Shown piece after piece: positions 13,171-28,480 of a stretch of DNA of 64,000 nt. The stretch is from Auanema rhodensis (lineage: Eukaryota > Animalia > Nematoda), in contig CAXKVF010000100.1 in the NCBI GenBank assembly GCA_964057225.1, positions 14,361 to 78,360 on the forward strand, given 5' to 3'. The stretch's first letter is position 1; each line of letters opens with the position of its first letter. Below the pieces are notes generated by a model. The model ran no database searches. It saw nothing but the letters and a program-made list of their open reading frames with translations, and was not told the DNA's origin. Both the position numbers and the translations under genes were made by a program.

Positions 13171-16100
13171 AGTGCACATCACGTGTACATTTAATTAGCA
13201 TAAATTAAAGTTCACGTAAATTTCAAAGTCATGGTTACCATGAACCAATATCAATAAAAATTTGTTTTTAGACTAATATGGACATGGGGAATCTAATTTT
13301 GAAAACCGCATCTCTTTATCTTTCACGTGAAGCGAGTTACATACCAAGTGCACATCACGTGTACATTTAATTAGCATAAATTAAAGTTCACGTAAATTTC
13401 AAAGTCATGGTTACCATGAAGCAATATCAATAAAAATTTGTTTTTAGACTAATATGGACATGGGGAATCTAATTTTGAAAACCGCATCTCTTTATCTTTC
13501 ACGTGAAGCGAGTTACATACCAAGTGCACATCACGTGTACATTTAATTAGCATAAATTAAAGTTCACGTAAATTTCAAAGTCATGGTTACCATGAACCAA
13601 TATCAATAAAAATTTGTTTTTAGACTAATATGGACATGGGGAATCTAATTTTGAAAACCGCATCTCTTTATCTTTCACGTGAAGCGAGTTACATACCAAG
13701 TGCACATCACGTGTACATTTAAATAGCATAAATTAAAGTTCACGTAAATTTCAAAGTCATGGTTACCATGCACCAATATCAATAAAAATTTGTTTTTAGA
13801 CTAATATGGACATGGGGAATCTAATTTTGAAAACCGCATCTCTTTATCTTTCACGTGAAGCGAGTTACATACCAAGTGCACATCACGGGTACATTTAATT
13901 AGCATAAATTAAAGTTCACGTAAAATTCAAAGTCATGGTTACCATGCACCAATATCAATAAAAATTTGTTTTCAGACTAATATGGACATGGGGAATCTAA
14001 TTTTGAAAACCGCATCTCTTTATCTTTCACGTGAAGCGAGTTACATACCAAGTGCACATCACGTGTACATTTAATTAGCATAAATTAAAGTTCACGTAAA
14101 TTTCAAAGTCATGGTTACCATGAACCAATATCAATAAAAATTTGTTTTTAGACTAATATGGACATGGGGAATCTAATTTTGAAAACCGCATCTCTTTATC
14201 TTTCACGTGAAGCGAGTTACATACCAAGTGCACATCACGTGTACATTTAATTAGCATAAATTAAAGTTCACGTAAATTTCAAAGTCATGGTTACCATGAA
14301 CCAATATCAATAAAAATTTGTTTTTAGACTAATATGGACATGGGGAATCTAATTTTGAAAACCGCATCTCTTTATCTTTCACGTGAAGCGAGTTACATAC
14401 CAAGTGCACATCACGTGTACATTTAATTAGCATAAATTAAAGTTCACGTAAATTTCAAAGTCATGGTTACCATGAAGCAATATCAATAAAAATTTGTTTT
14501 TAGACTAATATGGACATGGGGAATCTAATTTTGAAAACCGCATCTCTTTATCTTTCACGTGAAGCGAGTTACATACCAAGTGCACATCACGTGTACATTT
14601 AATTAGCATAAATTAAAGTTCACGTAAATTTCAAAGTCATGGTTACCATGAACCAATATCAATAAAAATTTGTTTTTAGACTAATATGGACATGGGGAAT
14701 CTAATTTTGAAAACCGCATCTCTTTATCTTTCACGTGAAGCGAGTTACATACCAAGTGCACATCACGTGTACATTTAATTAGCATAAATTAAAGTTCACG
14801 TAAATTTCAAAGTCATGGTTACCATGCACCAATATCAATAAAAATTTGTTTTTAGACTAATATGGACATGGGGAATCTAATTTTGAAAACCGCATCTCTT
14901 TATCTTTCACGTGAAGCGAGTTACATACCAAGTGCACATCACGTGTACATTTAATTAGCATAAATTAAAGTTCACGTAAATTTCAAAGTCATGGTTACCA
15001 TGAACCAATATCAATAAAAATTTGTTTTTAGACTAATATGGACATGGGGAATCTAATTTTGAAAACCGCATCTCTTTATCTTTCACGTGAAGCGAGTTAC
15101 ATACCAAGTGCACATCACGTGTACATTTAATTAGCATAAATTAAAGTTCACGTAAATTTCAAAGTCATGGTTACCATGAACCAATATCAATAAAAATTTG
15201 TTTTTAGACTAATATGGACATGGGGAATCTAATTTTGAAAACCGCATTTCTTTATCTTTCACGTGAAGCGAGTTACATACCAAGTGCACATCACGTGTAC
15301 ATTTAATTAGCATAAATTAAAGTTCACGTAAATTTCAAAGTCATGGTTACCATGCACCAATATCAATAAAAATTTGTTTTTAGACTAATATGGACATGGG
15401 GAATCTAATTTTGAAAACCGCATCTCTTTATCTTTCACGTGAAGCGAGTTACATACCAAGTGCACATCACGTGTACATTTAATTAGCATAAATTAAAGTT
15501 CACGTAAATTTTAAAGTCATGGTTACCATGAACGAATATCAATAAAAATTTGTTTTTGACTAATATGGACATGGGGAATCTAATTTTGAAAACCGCATCT
15601 CTTTATCTTTCACGTGAAGCGAGTTACATACCAAGTGCACATCACGTGTACATTTAATTAGCATAAATTAAAGTTCACGTAAATTTCAAAGTCATGGTTA
15701 CCATGAACTAATATCAATAAAAATTTGTTTTTAGACTAATATGGACATGGAGAATCTAATTTTGAAAACCGCATCTCTTTATCTTTCACGTGAAGCGAGT
15801 TACATACCAAGTGCACATCACGTGTACATTTAATTAGCATAAATTAAAGTTCACGTAAATTTCAAAGTCATGGTTACCATGAAGCAATTTCAATAAAAAT
15901 TTGTTTTTAGACTAATATGGACATGGGGAATCTAATTTTGAAAACCGCATCTCTTTATCTTTCACGTGAAGCGAGTTACATACCAAGTGCACATCACGTG
16001 TACATTTAATTAGCATAAATTAAAGTTCACGTAAATTTCAAAGTCATGGTTACCATGAACCAATATCAATAAAAATTTGTTTTCAGACTAATATGGACAT

Positions 16101-16788
16101 GGGGAATCTAATTTTGAAAACCGCATCTCTTTATCTTTCACGTGAAGCGAGTTACATACCAAGTGCACATCACGTGTACATTTAATTAGCATAAATTAAA
16201 GTTCACGTAAATTTCAAAGTCACGGTTACCATGAAGCAATATCAATAAAAATTTGTTTTTAGACTAATATGGACATGGGGAATCTAATTTTGAAAACCGC
16301 ATCTCTTTATCTCTCACGTGAAGCGAGTTACATACCAAGTGCACATCACGTGTACATTTAATTAGCATAAATTAAAGTTCACGTAAATTTCAAAGTCATG
16401 GTTACCATGAACCAATATCAATAAAAATTTGTTTTTAGACTAATATGGACATAGGGAATCTAATTTTGAAAACCGCATCTCTTTATCTTTCACGTGAAGC
16501 GAGTTACATACCAAGTGCACATCACGTGTACATTTAATTAGCATAAATTAAAGTTCACGTAAATTTCAAAGTCATGGTTACCATGAACCAATATCAATAA
16601 AAATTTGTTTTCAGACTAATATGGACATGGAGAATCTAATTTTGAAAACCGCATCTCTTTATCTTTCACGTGAAGCGAGTTACATACCAAGTGCACATCA
16701 CGTGTACATTTAATTAGCATAAATTAAAGTTCACGTAAATTTCAAAGTCATGGTTACCATGAAGCAATTTCAATAAAAATTTGTTTTT

Positions 16789-19700
16789 AGACTAATATGG
16801 ACATGGGGAATCTAATTTTGAAAACCGCATCTCTTTATCTTTCACGTGAAGCGAGTTACATACCAAGTGCACATCACGTGTACATTTAATTAGCATAAAT
16901 TAAAGTTCACGTAAATTTCAAAGTCATGGTTACCATGAAGCAATATCAATAAAAATTTGTTTTTAGACTAATATGGACATGGGGAATCTAATTTTGAAAA
17001 CCGCATCTCTTTATCTCTCACGTGAAGCGAGTTACATACCAAGTGCACATCACGTGTACATTTAATTAGCATAAATTAAAGTTCACGTAAATTTCAAAGT
17101 CATGGTTACCATGAACCAATATCAATAAAAATTTGTTTTTAGACTAATATGGACATGGGGAATCTAATTTTGAAAACCGCATCTCTTTATCTTTCACGTG
17201 AAGCGAGTTACATACCAAGTGCACATCACGTGTACATTTAATTAGCATAAATTAAAGTTCACGTAAATTTCAAAGTCATGGTTACCATGAACCAATATCA
17301 ATAAAAATTTGTTTTTAGACTAATATGGACATGGGGAATCTAATTTTGAAAACCGCATCTCTTTATCTTTCACGTGAAGCGAGTTACATACCAAGTGCAC
17401 ATCACGTGTACATTTAATTAGCATAAATTAAAGTTCACGTAAATTTCAAAGTCATGGTTACCATGAACCAATATCAATAAAAATTTGTTTTTAGACTAAT
17501 ATGGACATGGGGAATCTAATTTTGAAAACCGCATCTCTTTATCTTTCACGTGAAGCGAGTTACATACCAAGTGCACATCACGTGTACATTTAATTAGCAT
17601 AAATTAAAGTTCACGTAAATTTCAAAGTCATGGTTACCATGAACCAATATCAATAAAAATTTGTTTTTAGACTAATATGGACATGGGGAATCTAATTTTG
17701 AAAACCGCATCTCTTTATCTTTCACGTGAAGCGAGTTACATACCAAGTGCACATCACGTGTACATTTAATTAGCATAAATTAAAGTTCACGTAAATTTCA
17801 AAGTCATGGTTACCATGAACCAATATCAATAAAAATTTGTTTTTAGACTAATATGGACATGGGGAATCTAATTTTGAAAACCGCATCTCTTTATCTTTCA
17901 CGTGAAGCGAGTTACATACCAAGTGCACATCACGTGTACATTTAATTAGCATAAATTAAAGTTCACGTAAATTTCAAAGTCATGGTTACCATGAACCAAT
18001 ATCAATAAAAATTTGTTTTTAGACTAATATGGACATGGGGAATCTAATTTTGAAAACCGCATCTCTTTATCTTTCACGTGAAGCGAGTTACATACCAAGT
18101 GCACATCACGTGTACATTTAATTAGCATAAATTAAAGTTCACGTAAATTTCAAAGTCATGGTTACCATGAACCAATATCAATAAAAATTTGTTTTTAGAC
18201 TAATATGGACATGGGGAATCTAATTTTGAAAACCGCATCTCTTTATCTTTCACGTGAAGCGAGTTACATACCAAGTGCACATCACGTGTACATTTAATTA
18301 GCATAAATTAAAGTTCACGTAAATTTTAAAGTCATGGTTACCATGCACCAATATCAATAAAAATTTGTTTTCAGACTAATATGGACATGGGGAATCTAAT
18401 TTTGAAAACCGCATCTCTTTATCTTTCACGTGAAGCGAGTTACATACCAAGTGCACATCACGTGTACATTTAATTAGCATAAATTAAAGTTCACGTAAAT
18501 TTCAAAGTCATGGTTACCATGAAGCAATATCAATAAAAATTTGTTTTTAGACTAATATGGACATGGGGAATCTAATTTTGAAAACCGCTTTTCTTTATCT
18601 TTCACGTGAAGCGAGTTACATACCAAGTGCACATCACGTGTACATTTAATTAGCATAAATTAAAGTTCACGTAAATTTCAAAGTCATGGTTACCATGCAC
18701 CAATATCAATAAAAATTTGTTTTTAGACTAATATGGACATGGGGAATCTAATTTTGAAAACCGCATCTCTTTATCTTTCACGTGAAGCGAGTTACATACC
18801 AAGTGCACATCACGTGTACATTTAATTAGCATAAATTAAAGTTCACGTAAATTTCAAAGTCATGGTTACCATGAAGCAATATCAATAAAAATTTGTTTTT
18901 AGACTAATATGGACATGGGGAATCTAATTTTGAAAACCGCATTTCTTTATCTTTCACGTGAAGCGAGTTACATACCAAGTGCAAATCACGTGTACATTTA
19001 ATTAGCATAAATTAAAGTTCACGTAAATTTCAAAGTCATGGTTACCATGAACCAATATCAATAAAAATTTGTTTTTAGACTAATATGGACATGGGGAATC
19101 TAATTTTGAAAACCGCATCTCTTTATCTTTCACGTGAAGCGAGTTACATACCAAGTGCACATCACGTGTACATTTAATTAGCATAAATTAAAGTTCACGT
19201 AAATTTCAAAGTCATGGTTACCATGCACCAATATCAATAAAAATTTGTTTTTAGACTAATATGGACATGGGGAATCTAATTTTGAAAACCGCATCTCTTT
19301 ATCTTTCACGTGAAGCGAGTTACATACCAAGTGCACATCACGTGTACATTTAATTAGCATAAATTAAAGTTCACGTAAATTTCAAAGTCATGGTTACCAT
19401 GAACCAATATCAATAAAAATTTGTTTTTAGACTAATATGGACATGGGGAATCTAATTTTGAAAACCGCATCTCTTTATCTTTCACGTGAAGCGAGTTACA
19501 TACCAAGTGCACATCACGTGTACATTTAATTAGCATAAATTAAAGTTCACGTAAATTTCAAAGTCATGGTTACCATGAACCAATATCAATAAAAATTTGT
19601 TTTTAGACTAATATGGACATGGGGAATCTAATTTTGAAAACCGCATTTCTTTATCTTTCACGTGAAGCGAGTTACATACCAAGTGCACATCACGTGTACA

Positions 19701-22217
19701 TTTAATTAGCATAAATTAAAGTTCACGTAAATTTCAAAGTCATGGTTACCATGAACCAATATCAATAAAAATTTGTTTTCAGACTAATATGGACATGGGG
19801 AATCTAATTTTGAAAACCGCATCTCTTTATCTTTCACGTGAAGCGAGTTACATACCAAGTGCACATCACGTGTACATTTAATTAGCATAAATTAAAGTTC
19901 ACGTAAATTTCAAAGTCATGGTTACCATGAAGCAATATCAATAAAAATTTGTTTTTAGACTAATATGGACATGGGGAATCTAATTTTGAAAACCGCATCT
20001 CTTTATCTCTCACGTGAAGCGAGTTACATACCAAGTGCACATCACGTGTACATTTAATTAGCATAAATTAAAGTTCACGTAAATTTCAAAGTCATGGTTA
20101 CCATGAACCAATATCAATAAAAATTTGTTTTTAGACTAATATGGACATGGGGAATCTAATTTTGAAAACCGCATCTCTTTATCTTTCACGTGAAGCGAGT
20201 TACATACCAAGTGCACATCACGTGTACATTTAATTAGCATAAATTAAAGTTCACGTAAATTTCAAAGTCATGGTTACCATGAACCAATATCAATAAAAAT
20301 TTGTTTTTAGACTAATATGGACATGGGGAATCTAATTTTGAAAACCGCATCTCTTTATCTTTCACGTGAAGCGAGTTACATACCAAGTGCACATCACGTG
20401 TACATTTAATTAGCATAAATTAAAGTTCACGTAAATTTCAAAGTCATGGTTACCATGAACCAATATCAATAAAAATTTGTTTTTAGACTAATATGGACAT
20501 GGGGAATCTAATTTTGAAAACCGCATCTCTTTATCTTTCACGTGAAGCGAGTTACATACCAAGTGCACATCACGTGTACATTTAATTAGCATAAATTAAA
20601 GTTCACGTAAATTTCAAAGTCATGGTTACCATGAACCAATATCAATAAAAATTTGTTTTTAGACTAATATGGACATGGGGAATCTAATTTTGAAAACCGC
20701 ATCTCTTTATCTTTCACGTGAAGCGAGTTACATACCAAGTGCACATCACGTGTACATTTAATTAGCATAAATTAAAGTTCACGTAAATTTCAAAGTCATG
20801 GTTACCATGAACCAATATCAATAAAAATTTGTTTTTAGACTAATATGGACATGGGGAATCTAATTTTGAAAACCGCATCTCTTTATCTTTCACGTGAAGC
20901 GAGTTACATACCAAGTGCACATCACGTGTACATTTAATTAGCATAAATTAAAGTTCACGTAAATTTCAAAGTCATGGTTACCATGAACCAATATCAATAA
21001 AAATTTGTTTTTAGACTAATATGGACATGGGGAATCTAATTTTGAAAACCGCATCTCTTTATCTTTCACGTGAAGCGAGTTACATACCAAGTGCACATCA
21101 CGTGTACATTTAATTAGCATAAATTAAAGTTCACGTAAATTTCAAAGTCATGGTTACCATGAACCAATATCAATAAAAATTTGTTTTTAGACTAATATGG
21201 ACATGGGGAATCTAATTTTGAAAACCGCATCTCTTTATCTTTCACGTGAAGCGAGTTACATACCAAGTGCACATCACGTGTACATTTAATTAGCATAAAT
21301 TAAAGTTCACGTAAATTTTAAAGTCATGGTTACCATGCACCAATATCAATAAAAATTTGTTTTCAGACTAATATGGACATGGGGAATCTAATTTTGAAAA
21401 CCGCATCTCTTTATCTTTCACGTGAAGCGAGTTACATACCAAGTGCACATCACGTGTACATTTAATTAGCATAAATTAAAGTTCACGTAAATTTCAAAGT
21501 CATGGTTACCATGAAGCAATATCAATAAAAATTTGTTTTTAGACTAATATGGACATGGGGAATCTAATTTTGAAAACCGCTTTTCTTTATCTTTCACGTG
21601 AAGCGAGTTACATACCAAGTGCACATCACGTGTACATTTAATTAGCATAAATTAAAGTTCACGTAAATTTCAAAGTCATGGTTACCATGCACCAATATCA
21701 ATAAAAATTTGTTTTTAGACTAATATGGACATGGGGAATCTAATTTTGAAAACCGCATCTCTTTATCTTTCACGTGAAGCGAGTTACATACCAAGTGCAC
21801 ATCACGTGTACATTTAATTAGCATAAATTAAAGTTCACGTAAATTTCAAAGTCATGGTTACCATGAAGCAATATCAATAAAAATTTGTTTTTAGACTAAT
21901 ATGGACATGGGGAATCTAATTTTGAAAACCGCATTTCTTTATCTTTCACGTGAAGCGAGTTACATACCAAGTGCAAATCACGTGTACATTTAATTAGCAT
22001 AAATTAAAGTTCACGTAAATTTCAAAGTCATGGTTACCATGAACCAATATCAATAAAAATTTGTTTTTAGACTAATATGGACATGGGGAATCTAATTTTG
22101 AAAACCGCATCTCTTTATCTTTCACGTGAAGCGAGTTACATACCAAGTGCACATCACGTGTACATTTAATTAGCATAAATTAAAGTTCACGTAAATTTCA
22201 AAGTCATGGTTACCATG
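16789..22217 (+). repeat. Block duplication, 17-monomer offset (about 16789..19225 vs 19781..22217)
   Basis: Variants at 17017/20009, 18327/21319 and 18372/21364, plus CCGCTTTTC and GCAAATC, offset by 2992 = 17x176. Confidence 0.85.
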
Positions 22218-24106
22218 AACCAATATCAATAAAAATTTGTTTTTAGACTAATATGGACATGGGGAATCTAATTTTGAAAACCGCATCTCTTTATCTTTCA
22301 CGTGAAGCGAGTTACATACCAAGTGCACATCACGTGTACATTTAATTAGCATAAATTAAAGTTCACGTAAATTTCAAAGTTATGGTTACCATAAAGCAAT
22401 ATCAATAAAAATTTGTTTTTAGACTAATATGGACATGGGGAATCTAATTTTGAAAACCGCATCTCTTTATCTTTCACGTGAAGCGAGTTACATACCAAGT
22501 GCACATCACGTGTACATTTAATTAGCATAAATTAAAGTTCACGTAAATTTCAAAGTCATGGTTACCATGAACCAATATCAATAAAAATTTGTTTTTAGAC
22601 TAATATGGACATGGGGAATCTAATTTTGAAAACCGCATTTCTTTATCTTTCACGTGAAGCGAGTTACATACCAAGTGCACATCACGTGTACATTTAATTA
22701 GCATAAATTAAAGTTCACGTAAATTTCAAAGTCATGGTTACCATGAACCAATATCAATAAAAATTTGTTTTTAGACTAATATGGACATGGGGAATCTAAT
22801 TTTGAAAACCGCATCTCTTTATCTTTCACGTGAAGCGAGTTACATACCAAGTGCACATCACGTGTACATTTAATTAGCATAAATTAAAGTTCACGTAAAT
22901 TTCAAAGTCATGGTTACCATGAACCAATATCAATAAAAATTTGTTTTTAGACTAATATGGACATGGGGAATCTAATTTTGAAAACCGCATTTCTTTATCT
23001 TTCACGTGAAGCGAGTTACATACCAAGTGCACATCACGTGTACATTTAATTAGCATAAATTAAAGTTCACGTAAATTTCAAAGTCATGGTTACCATGCAC
23101 CAATATCAATAAAAATTTGTTTTTAGACTAATATGGACATGGGGAATCTAATTTTGAAAACCGCATCTCTTTATCTTTCACGTGAAGCGAGTTACATACC
23201 AAGTGCACATCACGTGTACATTTAATTAGCATAAATTAAAGTTCACGTAAATTTTAAAGTCATGGTTACCATGCACCAATATCAATAAAAATTTGTTTTT
23301 AGACTAATATGGACATGGGGAATCTAATTTTGAAAACCGCATCTCTTTATCTTTCACGTGAAGCGAGTTACATACCAAGTGCACATCACGTGTACATTTA
23401 ATTAGCATAAATTAAAGTTCACGTAAATTTTAAAGTCATGGTTACCATGCACCAATATCAATAAAAATTTGTTTTTAGACTAATATGGACATGGGGAATC
23501 TAATTTTGAAAACCGCATCTCTTTATCTTTCACGTGAAGCGAGTTACATACCAAGTGCACATCACGTGTACATTTAATTAGCATAAATTAAAGTTCACGT
23601 AAATTTCAAAGTCATGGTTACCATGAACTAATATCAATAAAAATTTGTTTTTAGACTAATATGGACATGGAGAATCTAATTTTGAAAACCGCATCTCTTT
23701 ATCTTTCACGTGAAGCGAGTTACATACCAAGTGCACATCACGTGTACATTTAATTAGCATAAATTAAAGTTCACGTAAATTTCAAAGTCATGGTTACCAT
23801 GAACCAATATCAATAAAAATTTGTTTTTAGACTAATATGGACATGGGGAATCTAATTTTGAAAACCGCATCTCTTTATCTTTCACGTGAAGCGAGTTACA
23901 TACCAAGAGCACATCACGTGTACATTTAATTAGCATAAATTAAAGTTCACGTAAATTTCAAAGTCATGGTTACCATGAACCAATATCAATAAAAATTTGT
24001 TTTTAGACTAATATGGACATGGGGAATCTAATTTTGAAAACCGCATCTCTTTATCTTTTACGTGAAGCGAGTTACATACCAAGTGCACATCACGTGTACA
24101 TTTAAT

Positions 24107-24417
24107 TAGCATAAATTAAAGTTCACGTAAATTTCAAAGTCATGGTTACCATAGCATAAATTAAAGTTCACGTAAATTTCAAAGTCATGGTTACCATGAA
24201 GCAATATCAATAAAAATTTGTTTTTAGACTAATATGGACATGGGGAATCTAATTTTGAAAACCGCATCTCTTTATCTTTTACGTGAAGCGAGTTACATAC
24301 CAAGTGCACATCACGTGTACATTTAATTAGCATAAATTAAAGTTCACGTAAATTTCAAAGTCATGGTTACCATAGCATAAATTAAAGTTCACGTAAATTT
24401 CAAAGTCATGGTTACCA
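24107..24417 (+). repeat. Two adjacent 221-bp variant monomers, each with a 45-bp internal duplication
   Basis: TAGCATAAATTAAAGTTCACGTAAATTTCAAAGTCATGGTTACCA x2 at 24107..24196 and again at 24328..24417; diagnostic join GTTACCATAGCATAAA. Confidence 0.95.
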
Positions 24418-27012
24418 TGAAGCAATATCAATAAAAATTTGTTTTTAGACTAATATGGACATGGGGAATCTAATTTTGAAAACCGCATCTCTTTATCTTT
24501 TACGTGAAGCGAGTTACATACCAAGTGCACATCACGTGTACATTTAATTAGCATAAATTAAAGTTCACGTAAATTTCAAAGTCATGGTTACCATGAACCA
24601 ATATCAATAAAAATTTGTTTTTAGACTAATATGGACATGGGGAATCTAATTTTGAAAACCGCATCTCTTTATCTTTCACGTGAAGCGAGTTACATACCAA
24701 GTGCACATCACGTGTACATTTAATTAGCATAAATTAAAGTTCACGTAAATTTCAAAGTCATGGTTACCATGAAGCAATATCAATAAAAATTTGTTTTTAG
24801 ACTAATATGGACATGGGGAATCTAATTTTGAAAACCGCATCTCTTTATCTTTTACGTGAAGCGAGTTACATACCAAGTGCACATCACGTGTACATTTAAT
24901 TAGCATAAATTAAAGTTCACGTAAATTTCAAAGTCATGGTTACCATGAACCAATATCAATAAAAATTTGTTTTTAGACTAATATGGACATGGGGAATCTA
25001 ATTTTGAAAACCGCATCTCTTTATCTTTCACGTGAAGCGAGTTACATACCAAGAGCACATCACGTGTACATTTAATTAGCATAAATTAAAGTTCACGTAA
25101 ATTTCAAAGTCATGGTTACCATGAACCAATATCAATAAAAATTTGTTTTTAGACTAATATGGACATGGGGAATCTAATTTTGAAAACCGCATCTCTTTAT
25201 CTTTTACGTGAAGCGAGTTACATACCAAGTGCACATCACGTGTACATTTAATTAGCATAAATTAAAGTTCACGTAAATTTCAAAGTCATGGTTACCATGA
25301 ACCAATATCAATAAAAATTTGTTTTTAGACTAATATGGACATGGGGAATCTAATTTTGAAAACCGCATCTCTTTATCTTTCACGTGAAGCGAGTTACATA
25401 CCAAGTGCACATCACGTGTACATTTAATTAGCATAAATTAAAGTTCACGTAAATTTCAAAGTCATGGTTACCATGAAGCAATATCAATAAAAATTTGTTT
25501 TTAGACTAATATGGACATGGGGAATCTAATTTTGAAAACCGCATCTCTTTATCTTTTACGTGAAGCGAGTTACATACCAAGTGCACATCACGTGTACATT
25601 TAATTAGCATAAATTAAAGTTCACGTAAATTTCAAAGTCATGGTTACCATGCACCAATATCAATAAAAATTTGTTTTTAGACTAATATGGACATGGGGAA
25701 TCTAATTTTGAAAACCGCATCTCTTTATCTTTCACGTGAAGCGAGTTACATACCAAGTGCACATCACGTGTACATTTAATTAGCATAAATTAAAGTTCAC
25801 GTAAATTTCAAAGTCATGGTTACCATGAACCAATATCAATAAAAATTTGTTTTTAGACTAATATGGACATGGGGAATCTAATTTTGAAAACCGCATCTCT
25901 TTATCTTTCACGTGAAGCGAGTTACATACCAAGTGCACATCACGTGTACATTTAATTAGCATAAATTAAAGTTCACGTAAATTTCAAAGTCATGGTTACC
26001 ATGAACCAATATCAATAAAAATTTGTTTTTAGACTAATATGGACATGGGGAATCTAATTTTGAAAACCGCATCTCTTTATCTTTCACGTGAAGCGAGTTA
26101 CATACCAAGTGCACATCACGTGTACATTTAATTAGCATAAATTAAAGTTCACGTAAATTTCAAAGTCATGGTTACCATGAACCAATATCAATAAAAATTT
26201 GTTTTTAGACTAATATGGACATGGGGAATCTAATTTTGAAAACCGCATCTCTTTATCTCTCACGTGAAGCGAGTTACATACCAAGTGCACATCACGTGTA
26301 CATTTAATTAGCATAAATTAAAGTTCACGTAAATTTCAAAGTCATGGTTACCATGAACCAATATCAATAAAAATTTGTTTTTAGACTAATATGGACATGG
26401 GGAATCTAATTTTGAAAACCGCATCTCTTTATCTTTCACGTGAAGCGAGTTACATACCAAGTGCACATCACGTGTACATATAATTAGCATAAATTAAAGT
26501 TCACGTAAAATTCAAAGTCATGGTTACCATGAACCAATATCAATAAAAATTTGTTTTTAGACTAATATGGACATGGGGAATCTAATTTTGGAAACCGCAT
26601 CTCTTTATCTTTCACGTGAAGCGAGTTACATACCAAGTGCACATCACGTGTACATTTAATTAGCATAAATTAAAGTTCACGTAAATTTCAAAGTCATGGT
26701 TACCATGAACCAATATCAATAAAAATTTGTTTTTAGACTAATATGGACATGGGGAATCTAATTTTGAAAACCGCATCTCTTTATCTTTTACGTGAAGCGA
26801 GTTACATACCAAGTGCACATCACGTGTACATTTAATTAGCATAAATTAAAGTTCACGTAAATTTCAAAGTCATGGTTACCATGAAGCAATATCAATAAAA
26901 ATTTGTTTTTAGACTAATATGGACATGGGGAATCTAATTTTGAAAACCGCATCTCTTTATCTTTCACGTGAAGCGAGTTACATACCAAGTGCACATCACG
27001 TGTACATTTAAT

Positions 27013-27102
27013 TAGCATAAATTAAAGTTCACGTAAATTTCAAAGTCATGGTTACCATAGCATAAATTAAAGTTCACGTAAATTTCAAAGTCATGGTTAC
27101 CA
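27013..27102 (+). repeat. 45-bp internal duplication (221-bp monomer), third copy
   Basis: Same join GTTACCATAGCATAAA at 27051..27066. Confidence 0.95.
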
Positions 27103-27419
27103 TGAAGCAATATCAATAAAAATTTGTTTTTAGACTAATATGGACATGGGGAATCTAATTTTGAAAACCGCATCTCTTTATCTTTTACGTGAAGCGAGTT
27201 ACATACCAAGTGCACATCACGTGTACATTTAATTAGCATAAATTAAAGTTCACGTAAATTTCAAAGTCATGGTTACCATGAACCAATATCAATAAAAATT
27301 TGTTTTTAGACTAATATGGACATGGGGAATCTAATTTTGAAAACCGCATCTCTTTATCTTTTACGTGAAGCGAGTTACATACCAAGTGCACATCACGTGT
27401 ACATTTAATTAGCATAAAT

Positions 27420-28480
27420 TAAAGTTCACGTAAAATTCAAAGTCATGGTTACCATGCACCAATATCAATAAAAATTTGTTTTTAGACTAATATGGACATG
27501 GGGAATCTAATTTTGAAAACCGCATCTCTTTATCTTTTACGTGAAGCGAGTTACATACCAAGTGCACATCACGTGTACATTTAATTAGCATAAATTAAAG
27601 TTCATGTAAATTTCAAAGTCATGGTTACCATGAAGCAATATCAATAAAAATTTGTTTTTAGACTAATATGGACATGGGGAATCTAATTTTGGAAACCGCA
27701 TCTCTTTATCTTTCACGTGAAGCGAGTTACATACCAAGTGCACATCACGTGTACATTTAATTAGCATAAATTAAAGTTCACGTAAATTTCAAAGTCATGG
27801 TTACCATGAACCAATATCAATAAAAATTTGTTTTTAGACTAATATGGACATGGGGAATCTAATTTTGAAAACCGCATCTCTTTATCTCTCACGTGAAGCG
27901 AGTTACATACCAAGTGCACATCACGTGTACATTTAATTAGCATAAATTAAAGTTCACGTAAATTTCAAAGTCATGGTTACCATGCACCAATATCAATAAA
28001 AATTTGTTTTTAGACTAATATGGACATGGGGAATCTAATTTTGAAAACCGCATCTCTTTATCTTTTACGTGAAGCGAGTTACATACCAAGTGCACATCAC
28101 GTGTACATTTAATTAGCATAAATTAAAGTTCATGTAAATTTCAAAGTCATGGTTACCATGAAGCAATATCAATAAAAATTTGTTTTTAGACTAATATGGA
28201 CATGGGGAATCTAATTTTGGAAACCGCATCTCTTTATCTTTCACGTGAAGCGAGTTACATACCAAGTGCACATCACGTGTACATTTAATTAGCATAAATT
28301 AAAGTTCACGTAAATTTCAAAGTCATGGTTACCATGAACCAATATCAATAAAAATTTGTTTTTAGACTAATATGGACATGGGGAATCTAATTTTGAAAAC
28401 CGCATCTCTTTATCTCTCACGTGAAGCGAGTTACATACCAAGTGCACATCACGTGTACATTTAATTAGCATAAATTAAAG
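27420..28480 (+). repeat. 3-monomer tandem duplication
   Basis: TTCATGTA at 27605/28133 and TTTTGGAAA at 27692/28220, plus TCTCTCACG, offset 528 = 3x176. Confidence 0.8.
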